This document shows, piece by piece, positions 51,789 to 63,086 of a DNA stretch of 64,000 bases. A program made the position numbers and the translations under genes. Source of the stretch: Podarcis erhardii (taxonomy: Eukaryota); the NCBI GenBank assembly GCA_964252035.1, contig OZ176209.1, one strand, 5' to 3'. The notes beneath the pieces are model-generated. The model did not search any database and had not been told where the DNA came from. It was given only the letters and a program-made list of their open reading frames with translations. Position 1 is the first letter of the stretch; every line of letters starts with the position of its first letter.

Positions 51789-52192
51789 ATGCCTTATGAG
51801 GAACGGCTAAGGGAGCTGAGCATGTTTAGCCTGGAGAAGAGGAGGTTAAGGGGTGATATGATAGCCATGTTCAAATATATAAAAGGATGTCACATAGAGG
51901 AGGGAGAAAGGTTGTTTTCTGCTGCTCCAGAGAAGCGGACACGGAGCAGTGGTTCCAAACTACAAGAAAGAAGATTCCACCTAAACATTAGGAAGAACTT
52001 CATGACAGTAAGAGCAGTGGAATTTGCTGCCAAGGAGTGTGGTGGAGTCTCCTTCTTTGGAGGTCTTTAAGCAGAGGCTTGACAACCATATGTCAGGAGT
52101 GCTCTGATGGTGTTTCCTGCTTGGCAGGGGGTTGGACTCGATGGCCCTTGTGGTCTCTTCCAACTCTATGATTCTATGATTCTATGATTCTA
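51789..52192 (+). mobile_element. CR1 LINE 3' end (ORF2 C-terminal remnant, 3'UTR, (ATTCTATG)n tail)
   Basis: PYEERLRELSMFSLEKRRLRGD...LNIRKNF is the CR1 ORF2 C-terminus; ends ccaactctatgattctatgattctatgattcta. Confidence 0.93.
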
Positions 52193-52928
52193 GAAGTAGA
52201 AACTATAACTGCAAGCTTTAGTACATTTACATCAGTGTATTAATCAACTAATGCTTGTGTTCGTTAATAGATATGAGGAAATTTAAATTGGTGGGGCTTG
52301 ATGTTACTGCCACAAACATGTTTTAAAATTCCGGTATGTGACTATAATAGCGAATAAACAAGAAAATATTCAAAACAGTCCTGAAGCAATTGACAGTCCT
52401 AACTTTTAGAAGCAGAAGCTGGGAAAGTTGCAGTTGCTATACAGATAGTCCTGTTATTCCAAAATGTAGAATTGAGAGACATCAATGGATTTCCAGTTCC
52501 ATGAAACTTAGGACACACCCGTTTCTACAGGCAGGTTACTTACATACTATATTTTATTCTAAAATCAATGGAGAATGAGTACTTGTTTTTTCTATGTAGT
52601 CCGCACACAATATGGACCATGTATTGCATGCTTCTGGCCCCTGAAATCACTTATTGAGAAACCAGTTTCATTCAGAAAATAAAAGTTCCTTGCATATTGA
52701 TTCTGCATTACCCCACAGTGTGCCCATTTGAAAACAGACAGTGGTGTTTGCATATATGTGTATGCACATATTTCCAATGATGTTGTGAGTGGAAGTATAC
52801 CAAAATCGCAATCACTGCTTCTTCATTCATCTGGGACATATGCAGGGAGGAAAGGGCATGGAGGGTTTTCAGATGTGTACCAAGTAACCACATCTACCCT
52901 TGTGGGCAGCAGGAAATTAAATCAATCT

Positions 52929-53076
52929 AGAATCATAGAAATGTAGGGTTGAAAGGAACCACGAGGATCATCTAGTCCAACCCCCTACAGTGCTGGAATC
53001 TTTTGCCTAACATGGAGCCTGATCCCACAACCCTGAGATTAAGAGTCTCATGCTCTACTGACTCAGCTATCCCAGG
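52929..53076 (-). mobile_element. Minimal SINE: tRNA-Lys(CTT) head fused directly to a CR1 3' tail
   Basis: Reverse complement ...TAGAGCATGAGACTCTTAATCTCAGGG...TTAGGC then AAAAGATTCC...GGGGGTTGGACTAGATGA...TTCTATGATTCT. Confidence 0.85.
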
Positions 53077-54456
53077 TGTTGAAAGCAGCATGTTGAGCAT
53101 AAGCATGAACCATTCCAGACTGAGAAAAACTGCATTTTTGTGCAGCAAATGGGTTAGTGTGTCTGTAGCCACAAACTTGTTTTAATAGTCATTCCCTCTC
53201 CCTAGGGAACTATAATTCTTTGAAAGGTTAGGAGTCATGTACAGAGTTCCCAGCAAGATAACTTCCAGAATTATTTTGGGGAGACAATACCAGTAAATCC
53301 AATACAGATTTGTGTTGTAAAAATGTCTTTTGTAGCAATGAGTACCAAAGCCAGTGCATCACAATGGAATAATCAGGTAAAAGGGAGATTTCGGTTCATA
53401 GGATGGAAGTGTCAAATGAGTCACATTAACAGAGACAAAATTGTGCCACTGGGCCTGTTTAATAAAACATCTGGGCCCTATTTTAGTAAGAGAATATCTG
53501 CATGTGAGCCTCCTTCACTTCTGGTTCAATGCTTTGTAGCACAAATACAAGAAGCACAGGAAACACACACGCACACCACAGAAGATGCTACCATGTTTCT
53601 GCATCTTTTTCTTGGGTGGAGTCTGCTGCTTGTGCTGACCTTGGAAATTCTCCAGTTCGAGATAAAGACTACATGAAGAAGGAGAATGGCTTGTGCATAC
53701 AAGCCATGTGATTTGCAGGCATCACACACATGGGATTAGTGCATTAGAGCTCTAAGAGGAAAAATCCTGCCATTGTATGAAGCAGAGGCATTTGTGTCAT
53801 GCCTTCATTCCTGTGGTACCCAAGAGGCTTCCAGCAGCATTATCAAGTAGGCAGTTTAATTATTTCCACCTTCCAGTTGCGAAAACATGGGGAACCGATT
53901 TGTACAAAATCATAGCAGTACAACATATATAACAGGGCCAGTAAAGGGGTCCAGAGTTCCTGATTTCAAGTGGAAGTCCATAATATGCAAACCTGCTTAT
54001 TAAGGCTGTTAAGCGTGGGAAAGAAGCTGCACTGGGGAGCAGGAACTCTGATGTCATAAACAGAAGGTGGCAGGCACAGGCACTTGCTTGCCCAGCAATG
54101 ATACATTTTTCCCTGGGGAAGAGCTTTGTGTGTTAGTGAGCCAATGTCACTAACATTAACACTTTTATGTTCTACTACATGGATGTAAATCAACAAAGTA
54201 TCTGTGAGTATCTACATGGATGTAAATCAACAAGTATCAGACTTACCCTTCCCTTCTCAAATTCTAATGAACTTGAATAATTTGCTCTGTTGAAAACATA
54301 AAGGGGGGGCAATCCTGTTCCTATTAGGAAAATATGTTAATGGAGTAGACCTAACTTGCCATCTCTGCCAAGGTGACACATTGTGGGAGGTGGGGTTTCA
54401 GGAAGAAAGGCAGATTCATGAGTATGTTTGATATTTTATTATTAATATATTTGTTA

Positions 54457-54703
54457 CTAACAACCTCATACCCAGCATTGCTCGGAAGTTCTCAGAAACC
54501 CAAAAAATCGGCGTCATTTTGTGATCAGTGGCTAACACAGTGCACCTTTGAAAAGTTTGGTTTTCCATCTTGATTCAAAATGAGGCCCAATTGCATACAA
54601 ACATAGGTTAAAACCTGGCCTTTGATCATGCTTAATTTGGTTATGATCTATTAAGGCGTCCAAATATATAGAGAACAGGCAGCTTTCCAATATACATTGT
54701 AGA
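54457..54703 (-). mobile_element. Probable non-autonomous Helitron, copy 2
   Basis: Minus strand A|TC at 54703, TTAG|T end preceded by ccgagcaatgctgggtat; shared motifs with 24363-24649. Confidence 0.55.
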
Positions 54704-55580
54704 TACCATGCTCCCCCTCATGTAGAACATGGAATGGCTGTCAGCACATTAAAAAATAAATAAACACACCCAGCAAATGGATATTAAAAATAAACTGAAC
54801 AAAAATATAGCCATGAAATACTATTAAACAACATTTAAAGGTCAGCAGCGCAGTAGAGCTTAACAAACAAGGCTTCCGCTCTGCTATGTTTTGTAAGCCT
54901 GTAACAATAGATAATGTTTTAAGCTGCCATATGAATAAACAGAAAGTGGAAGACAACCAAACATGCAATGGGAAGGATTTGCATAAATGGGAAGCCACCA
55001 CCAAGAAGGCTTTACTGTGTGTTGTACCCCCCACCTTAGAAAGTACTCAATGAAGGGACTACCAGCAGCGCCTCCTTGGTAGTGCAGTGGAAATCAATAA
55101 TTATACTAGACAGAGACTGAAGTGTTAGATTCAAACACCTTTGAACTTGAGACAAGGGCCATATTCCAAGATTCTTCATAGAGATTAACTTGCTAGGCAC
55201 ACTCCGCAGCTGTCACTGGGCACTGAATACCAGCGTCCACCGTCGCGGAGCAGATGGCTTTCAAGGTGACCGAGTATATTTCCCTCCCAGCCACAAGGAG
55301 CACAGTGTTAATGACAGCCTTGCCACAGGAATTGCTAGTAATTTATTTTAGGATTAAGGCACAATTAACCATTCTGAAAAGTAAGAAAGGAAGATTTAAA
55401 GTAACTGGCTCAGGTGTGAACTAAAAAGAAACAGCAAGGCAAGTTCTAGGCTGCTCCTACAGACGAAAAGCTCAGAGTAGAGCAAATCACAGGGACTGTC
55501 TGCCTGCATAACACCTTTGCCCTTCCAGGCTAGCGTAAAATACATCTTACTCTCTCCCCCCCCCCCCCGTCTTTTGACAG

Positions 55581-55636
55581 ATTCTTTCTGGAGTTCAACA
55601 TATCTGGCTTCTGGCACACAGACAATTTGGCAGATG
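55581..55636 (+). CDS. CACNA2D4: CACNA2D4 exon, 56 bp: (I)FFLEFNISGFWHTDNLAD(A)
   Basis: cttttgacag|ATT...ATG|gtgagt; homologous to FLLEWSVWGSWYDRGAE; frame continuous. Confidence 0.87.
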
Positions 55637-56206
55637 GTGAGTATGTGGGAATGCAGCCAGCTCACAGCACACAAATTTTGCAGCCACTGGGCTTGGATGA
55701 AGGAATCACACATACGAATGCAATTTAGCACAATCCAGAGACATTGTCACCCTGTTGGCACTGAGAATCTATTCGCCAGCTTCCATTTCACCTTTATTGA
55801 GACACCCTAGAATATACTGGCAAGGTTTAATAACACTGTCAACTGTGTCGGCTCATATATGTGGTCTGTGTTGGGGTATCCCATGAGGTGGATGAAAGAC
55901 TACTAACAACTATTTGCTGAAGCAGTGGGCCAGTTCTTTCATCTACATGTACTTTGCTTGGAACGTGCAGGGAAGGGTGTCAGTGTTAAGACCCCTAAAA
56001 GCCTGTGGTACAGTGTCTAAAACAGCAATGTGGGTAACTTGTGGTCTGTGGATCACATGCGCTCTGAGCAAGTGTCGCTTTGTCTATGAGCTCTTAAAAT
56101 TACGAAGCTTTATTCCTTCCATTCCTGTCCTCCGTTTCTTGGAGATAATTTTTGAAACATAACAGCAATGTAAGCTAAAAGTAGAAAAACACAGGCAGTC
56201 TTTTGT

Positions 56207-56208
56207 GA

Positions 56209-56264
<56 letters not shown>

Positions 56265-56265
56265 A
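56207..56265 (+). repeat. (GAAA)n microsatellite
   Basis: Direct reading. Confidence 0.95.
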
Positions 56266-56701
56266 CTTTCTAAATATAATTAATTCTTAATACGTTTCAT
56301 TTAAAAATAATAATAAATGGCAGAAATCATTTCAAAAGCACAATCTCATACAGCAAATGTTACTTATGGTATTGGCTGCTAGGGTTTGGCAACAGTAATA
56401 TGCTGGTTACATACATTATGTTGCTTACACATATTTTAACCAGATAGAATAGCCGTCTCTCTCTAGTCCAGGGTGTACTTCCAATATTGTACTTGTTTCT
56501 GAAAGCATTGCCTGCTCCTAAACATTTAGGAGTGTGCAGGCCAAAGCTTTCAGTGTCAAATATTCTCGTATTTTTAAGTAAATCACATTCACTTCACATA
56601 GGCTTATGTGAAGGAAGGAATGATATAAGACAATAAAACATATTTCTCATGAAACAGCAGTTTAGTTAACTGTAAAGGCAGGTGAACTTTAAGGAGTAGT
56701 C

Positions 56702-56886
56702 TCACACTCATTGTTGCTATTGTGAACAATTATTTCTTCATTTCACCACCATGTCATTCTTCCTCTTTCTTTCTTCATTTCCCATTCTTCCTATTCATGT
56801 GTCTTCACCATGGAATTCTACCACCATCTTGTGATCATCATCATGGATTCATCTGCATCACATGTTATGCCATGCAACCTATATAG
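56702..56886 (+). promoter_or_regulatory. Splicing-regulatory region: YCAY cluster plus UGC motifs before the microexon
   Basis: 20 YCAY tetramers counted in 56702-56873; TGC at 56868 and 56873. Confidence 0.7.
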
Positions 56887-56907
56887 CCAAGGCTGTTTTC
56901 CATCATG
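56887..56907 (+). CDS. CACNA2D4: CACNA2D4 21-nt microexon: (A)KAVFHH(A)
   Basis: atatag|CCAAGGCTGTTTTCCATCATG|gtaagt; phase 1-1; matches human AKSVFHHS as recalled. Confidence 0.88.
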
Positions 56908-58458
56908 GTAAGTAGAATCATTATAGTGCAGCAAAAAGATCTCCATTTTCTGGAAACAGGAGAACACCCAAGCAGATTTGCCCAGAAAACTGGGGGCAAT
57001 TCCTTTCCCTCATCACAGCTGTTCAGGAATTAGCTGCGACTGCCTAGCTGAAAACAGAGATATCACTACTTGTTTAATTATTGGGCTACCACTCACTTTG
57101 TGATTGGCATACTTCACTGCAAGTTTCTGCGCTTGCTGGTCCAGCTGTAACCTTGAATATAAAGATGTACAGAAGCTCTAGGGATGTGCCAATATGTGCA
57201 AACAACAGCAGCTTGTGCAAAGCATGTGGGTTCACCCATATAAGCCTTGCTGAAATGAACTAAGGTTGCATGGCAGCAGTTCTTACTGGGAAATAGGCAA
57301 TGGGTGGAGAATTCTGTTGTACACTGCTAAAGTGAATCTTATATTGATATTTGCAAATCTTGCCCTTCAATATTAATAATATTTTACAGCAAGCTTGGTC
57401 CATTATAAAGGAACAAATTAGTATTTGAAAAGTTGCAAGGTTTATCAGCATTCCATCTTCTATTCTACCCCCTCTCCCCCCCCCCATTTCATTCTCAATA
57501 CATTTACACATTATACAAATGCATAGGCCTTCCTATGGTGCTTTTAATCTACAATCTGATCTTGCTATCTGTCATACTAGGCCAGACCAATAGGTGCTGC
57601 TTCTGGAGTTGGTGCCTGATGTCTCAAATAATGCTTGGTATCCCAAGGTCTAGAGGTAGAGTAAGAACTTCAAGGAGTTATTTCCTCTGTTCAATTGTTC
57701 ATGAGTGGTAATTGAATCAGGCCAGGCCTAAGTGTTTGCATGATAATTAGCATGCTACCAGTAAACCCAACAATAGCAGGATGATGAAGAAAGGAGGAAG
57801 GGTGGACTAGGGAGGTGCCACTCGTGCAAGAGAAAAGACATGGTGGTGGTTGCTTCATGCAGGAAGGGATGTAACCTTAGTTGAGCCCCAACCAGAGCTC
57901 CCATGTACTATGGTTGCTCTAAAAGGATCCATAATAATCAGAGGATCCAGGTCAAATATGGAGCTCAGAAAGAAACACGAGAGGACATTCTTGCATTCTC
58001 AGTAGGTACAAAATGCAAGTAGAGATAATTAGCTAGAGGTGGGCAAGAATCTATCAGAAAGAAACTTCAGTCTGTTTGCAGAATTGCATGAGGACAGGTG
58101 GTAATCACTCAACTGGAAATCCAGCAAAACTGTATTATTCAGACAACTGCAGATAGTCAGGTTCTGATGGCTAGAGCAACTTCAATAAATAAGTTCATTC
58201 AACTTACTCATAATTTATTTATGTTAGAGAAGCAGATATGATTACAGGTTGGCTGAATAAGCAGCTCTAGCCCTTTATTCCCCCTCCACCATTCAGACAA
58301 AGGCTGGCTGATAAATGGCTTGTCTATAGAAATAAGAAATATGGGAGCTGCCCTTATGTCAATAAGATATAGCTAACCAAGATAAATATTAAAACTCTTT
58401 GCATCGTTTACACCATTTGTCATCATTATTAGCTACCAGTAAACCCAACAACAGGGGA

Positions 58459-58628
58459 TGGGCCATAGCTCCGTGGTGTAGCACCTGCTTTGCATGAAGA
58501 AGACACCAAGTTGAATTCTTATTTCCCAGGTAGGGCTGAAAATAGCTTTGAGCTGAAACCCTGAGGAGCTGCTGCCAATTGGTGTAGACAATACTGAGCT
58601 AGATAGTCCAGTAACTTCCCATGTTCCA
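58459..58628 (+). mobile_element. tRNA-derived SINE (family as 8915)
   Basis: gggccatagctccgtggtgtagcacctgctttgcatg...gtagacaatactgagctagat...cttcccatgttcc. Confidence 0.75.
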
Positions 58629-58919
58629 ATATGTCACTAAAGCTTCAACATGTAAGATCTGGGGCATGTGAGGGTACTTCCCAGGTCAGCTGAGCACCAG
58701 CCTGCCCTTAGTCAAGGAGAGAAAAAACCTTCTCTATGATATCCTGGCAAGAGGTAGTATTTCCTTCCCAAATTCCAAACATCAGCAGTTGCTAAAGCTC
58801 CTGTGGAGAAGAAGTTGTTAAACTGGTTGCTTGCTCATGAGTAGCCCAGCCAGTAATCAGCCAGGATGGGCTACAGGTAGGTAAGGGTGAACTGCCCTGA
58901 GACGGCGGTATATAAATTC

Positions 58920-58955
58920 AAATAAATAAATAAATAGATTAGATAGGTAGATAGG

Positions 58956-59021
<66 letters not shown>

Positions 59022-59022
59022 G
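58920..59022 (+). repeat. Compound (AAAT)n(AGAT/AGGT)n(AGAC)n microsatellite grown from an L2-type tail
   Basis: Preceded by gccctgagacggcggtatataaat. Confidence 0.9.
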
Positions 59023-59198
59023 TGGGGCTAAGAAGCTCCAATCCTCCAGACTCTTGCTGGTGGATTATAAGCCTCGGAGGAATTGGGGAAGTAGGACAGC
59101 AGCATAGGAGTAACTGGTGGAGAGTAATATTTGGGGGTTTAGTTATTTCCCCATGAGGGCTGAAAGACAGAGAAGGGAGCACAGGTTGCTTCCGAAGG

Positions 59199-59460
59199 CA
59201 GTGGGCGCTGATCTATTAGGCCAATAGGGCACTGCCCTACCAACCGCAACCAGCTCCCAACTGCCTTCTTTCTTACAACCAGCCCAGGGGCTGGCCCTGC
59301 CTGCTGGTTTCTTCCTTCTAAGTGCCACTGTTGCCCTTCTATGGAGGAGGATTGGGGTTAAACTAGAATTAGTTCTGCCTATCATCAGCTCTGGCTCCTC
59401 CTACTGTTGGCATCCATGCCTTACAGCCTGTCTATCCCAATAGACACCAGCCCCCCACTG
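59199..59460. mobile_element. Old CAGTGG-TIR hAT-type MITE
   Basis: cagtgggcgctgatctattagg vs reverse complement of right end cagtggggggctggtgtctattggg; no TSD retained. Confidence 0.45.
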
Positions 59461-62400
59461 GGGAGCAGCTGGCCTGTGCATGTGCCGTAACATCTAGCAA
59501 TCTGTGAGAGAGATTTCATACAATTTTACTGTGTTTTATGTAAACCACTCAGTGGTCTTGTATATTTAATAATATATGATTTAGGAAAGCAGAGATACAG
59601 AAACTCAAGGCCCTTTGCTATATCATTAAATGGTGCAGAGGTGCCGATCTCTGGACACATGGACGGCTGCTTGGGCTAGAAAAAAAATATCTTTGGGCTG
59701 CCCTGCTGACAGTGAAATGCCAGCAATTTAAAACCTATCTCTGTTGTTATTTTTCCGGATCAATGTGACTGCAAATATCAGGATGGCAGTGACATTTTGC
59801 TCCCTTTTGCCGATGCTGCTCAGGTGTTAATTCATGCTCATCTGTGGAATGAAACTGGGGGGTGAGGGGGGAAGGGAATGCCCTGCCCCAAATGTAGCAG
59901 TGGCTTCACTGTGTTCTGCGCTGTTGAAGCTGACTGGATTTGTTCCCTCTCCCCAGGCTCAATTTATTGCTGTTATTGCTCTGTGTCCAAGGAACTGTTT
60001 GGGGTATGAGGAAATTCACTTCCGATCCAGTTAAAGTGTGGTTTAACAGAGAGACAAAAGGGAGTTTGAACAGAATGAATCTCTGTGGCTCCAAGAGCAA
60101 ATGTTATTTGTGAATGAAACGCAATAAGAAGATGGAAAGCATGCTGTGGATCTTCCCTTCCATACATGATACTAATGCAGTTCTACCTTGAGGAGAGGGA
60201 GAATCCAAGTTTGGATATGCAAAGTGAGCTGGTTGTGGACATGTAACTGCACAGCTGTAACTCACAGTTTTGCATCCTGGATAGGCCACATATTTTCCAT
60301 GTTGGGTAATTTCTAGGTTTTAGTAAGGTGCACTGCACTAGAAGAGAAACCTAGAAAATATATTGAGTGCTAAATGTGGGGTCTATCTATACAGATGCTA
60401 AATCTGGCTCCCCCAATCAGGGTTGCACTGTGGTTAAGACTCCTGTCCACCTACATTTTGTCACATTGTAGTCAAGCTGTCCAATCAGCTGCCTTTATTA
60501 GTTTCTTGGGAGTTGGTGAGTTGAGGGGTTCCAGGTTCGAATCTTATCTAGAAGACCTTAGACAAGACAACCAATTTAGGGCAGGGGGTATTGCAAAACA
60601 TCAGGGTGACATATGCAGGACTGGACAAATCCTTGCTATACAGCATGGAAACTTAATAAGACCTAGGAAAACAAATAGGTGTTGTTTACAATACTCATTG
60701 CACCATCTGGCATAAATTTATTTCGGTTTTAATCCCAGTTGAGGGAGGTTGTGTTAAAATAGCCTGCTGCTTCCTTCATAGTTGAAAGATTAGAACAGGG
60801 AATCTGCTGCATAGCTACGTTGAGGGAAACTTGGTGAAGAACATTACAGGCAAAGAAAAGCAACGGGAGGAATCAGATTGTCAGTGATGGTTTCACTGAA
60901 GCAGAGATTCAGTCACTTGCAAACCCCTCAGGAAGGACAGGTGCCATTGTGACAAAGCAATAGGAGCTCTGATGCTCACTTCCCAGCAGGAAGCAACAAG
61001 GAAAAGCGAGTCCCATTCTCTCTCCCCGCTTCACTGGTGCTTGACAGATGGGCTACACAAGTCTTCATTTTGTGTGCAATGGTGTTGCAAGCTTTGTGTC
61101 CAGATTAGAGCACTGCAATTTTCACAAAAGCTACAGTCACAGATTTGTGAAAGAGCCAGGATTGTTAGAGTGTTGGACAAGTTCAACCACCTGCTTGATT
61201 CCAATTCCAAGAGTTCACAGGTTTTACCTACCTGAGAAGGGAGTTGTGATGATAAGAGGATCCTGAGCTCCTTGAAGGGCAGGGAGATAAAAATTGATAG
61301 ATTAAAAACAAACTAGAAAAAGGTGTGTTTTTTGGATATTTGTCACTGTCTCAACTCCCAATGAGTGACACAGACTCTATACGTGTTTGTGTGACATTTG
61401 CAGTATCTTTGTGTCTCTGAGTTGTCGTCATCGCACAAGAGAATAAATGCCAGCACAGCTTTTCTCCCTCAGGCCAGTGTGATGCAAATGTCCAACAGCA
61501 TTTTGAGCATTTCTCTGTTTGAAGAACAGCAGCCCCACTGTTAGTTTTATCAAATGCAAACTTCTGCTGTTATTGATGACCAACCAGTTCACCCACTCCC
61601 TGACTATCTGGCAGGTGATTATTTTTCTCTCTGTGCAAACATATCCATGCGTTATCTCAGCTATCCTCAAATCTAAACATCATACATTGTCTTTCAAAAT
61701 GTCACAATGACACCTGGTGTTTCTTTAAAATAATAAATAATGCACCTAAATGTTAAAAATGTTGACATGCAACACAATTAAGCTAGTTTTGTACACTCAG
61801 TTAATAACATAAATATTTAAAAAAATATTCATGCTTTCTTAAATGTTTTGGATTTCAGCTTTCCAAAAACTTCAAAAGTGATTGTTATTATTTTTGTATA
61901 TATTTCAACAATTCCAAAGTCTGAAAGTCAGTAGCACAGGTGTTGTAAAGGTTTGGTGATCTGTCATGGAACAACCCCATTGAAGAAGATAACAGTGGTT
62001 ACTCAGGCTTTGTTGCTGATGCCGAAGGGCCCCCGTAACAGTTCAAGCTTCAGGGTCCCCAAAATGTAGATCTTTCCACTGCAAGTAGTCAGTTCCTATG
62101 TGGGCTAGTGGGAGCTGGATAGTGGACTTTCTTTCTAGTAAAGCTTCCTTCTTAGGTATTTAGCTGCAGTTACTAAAGATTGGTGCTGTACTAGCCCAGC
62201 TCAGCCCGCTATATTTCACGCAGTCACTGTCGTTAGTAAAAAGTCTTCCTGTTTCCCCCATATGAGCCACCTAGTAATGTCTTGGCCAGCTGGTTTGATT
62301 CTAACCATGAACTAACTGCAAGTGGTTTCCCACTTGTTTGTGTGTTTTGACTTTCTAGCAGTAAACAGCCTGTCAGACTGATAGCTACATAATCCGACCA

Positions 62401-62581
62401 TTGGCTGAAGGGTGGCCATATTCATGCTTCTAGGGCATCCTCATACACTGAGTCTCCCACACCACCTAGTGGCTGCCAGTAATCTTCGTTTTTGGGTCAA
62501 CATCTTTCCACTTCTTTTTTCCACACCTCATTTGTTTCCTTCACCTGATTTTCTCACTCAGCCTCTTTTTCCCCATCTCAG

Positions 62582-62699
62582 CTCACAAGCACAAGAAGCA
62601 CGACATGCTACAGCCATGTGACACAGAATACCCAGTGTTTGTATATGAACCTGCCATCAAAGAGACCAATGGGATTATTGAATGCGGAGACTGTCAGAA
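62582..62699 (+). CDS. CACNA2D4: CACNA2D4 exon, 118 bp (delta subunit): (A)[38 protein letters not shown](K)
   Basis: ccccatctcag|CTC...GAA|gtaaga; [10 protein letters not shown] motif; next exon lies beyond the window. Confidence 0.94.
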
Positions 62700-63086
62700 G
62701 TAAGAAATGTGCTCTCTTTCTTCCTTTTCTCCTACCTGTGCCTCTCAATTGTCTCTGGTTAGTCTGATCTCCAAGCAAACTAACTGTCCCTTGTTATCCT
62801 TGCAATGCCTCTTATTTTCCACAATTTCTTCTGAATTGCCTGCAACCATGAACTATTCCAACCTCAATTCAAGTGTCCGTTAGTAACAATAGTAGTGACA
62901 ATTGCTTAGGACCCAGGTCCCTCACAGACCACTTCCTTCTGCATGAACCTGCCAGGTACAAAGGTCTGCCTTGAACACACTCTTTGCCTAGTGCACGGGT
63001 GGGGGACCTCAGACCCAGAACCACATTTTGCCCTCCAAGTCTCTCTGTCTGGTCCTTAGAACTCTCCTCAGCCACACTCTTCACTG

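Noticed and set aside
51789-52070. 93-aa ORF as a host gene
   Set aside because: CR1 ORF2 C-terminal remnant that frameshifts after about 78 residues
53004-53076. tRNA-Lys(CTT) gene
   Set aside because: T-loop/B box mutated (GGATCAGGC), acceptor stem disrupted, and fused to a CR1 tail: a SINE head
36067-54238. CRISPR-like repeat-spacer units at 36067 and 54175
   Set aside because: Only two repeats each, 9-nt spacers, vertebrate intron, no cas genes
59753-59860. Possible extra CACNA2D4 exon (PDQCDCK resembles DPTCDCS)
   Set aside because: No AG acceptor at a suitable position, no further similarity, and wrong order relative to the 62582 exon
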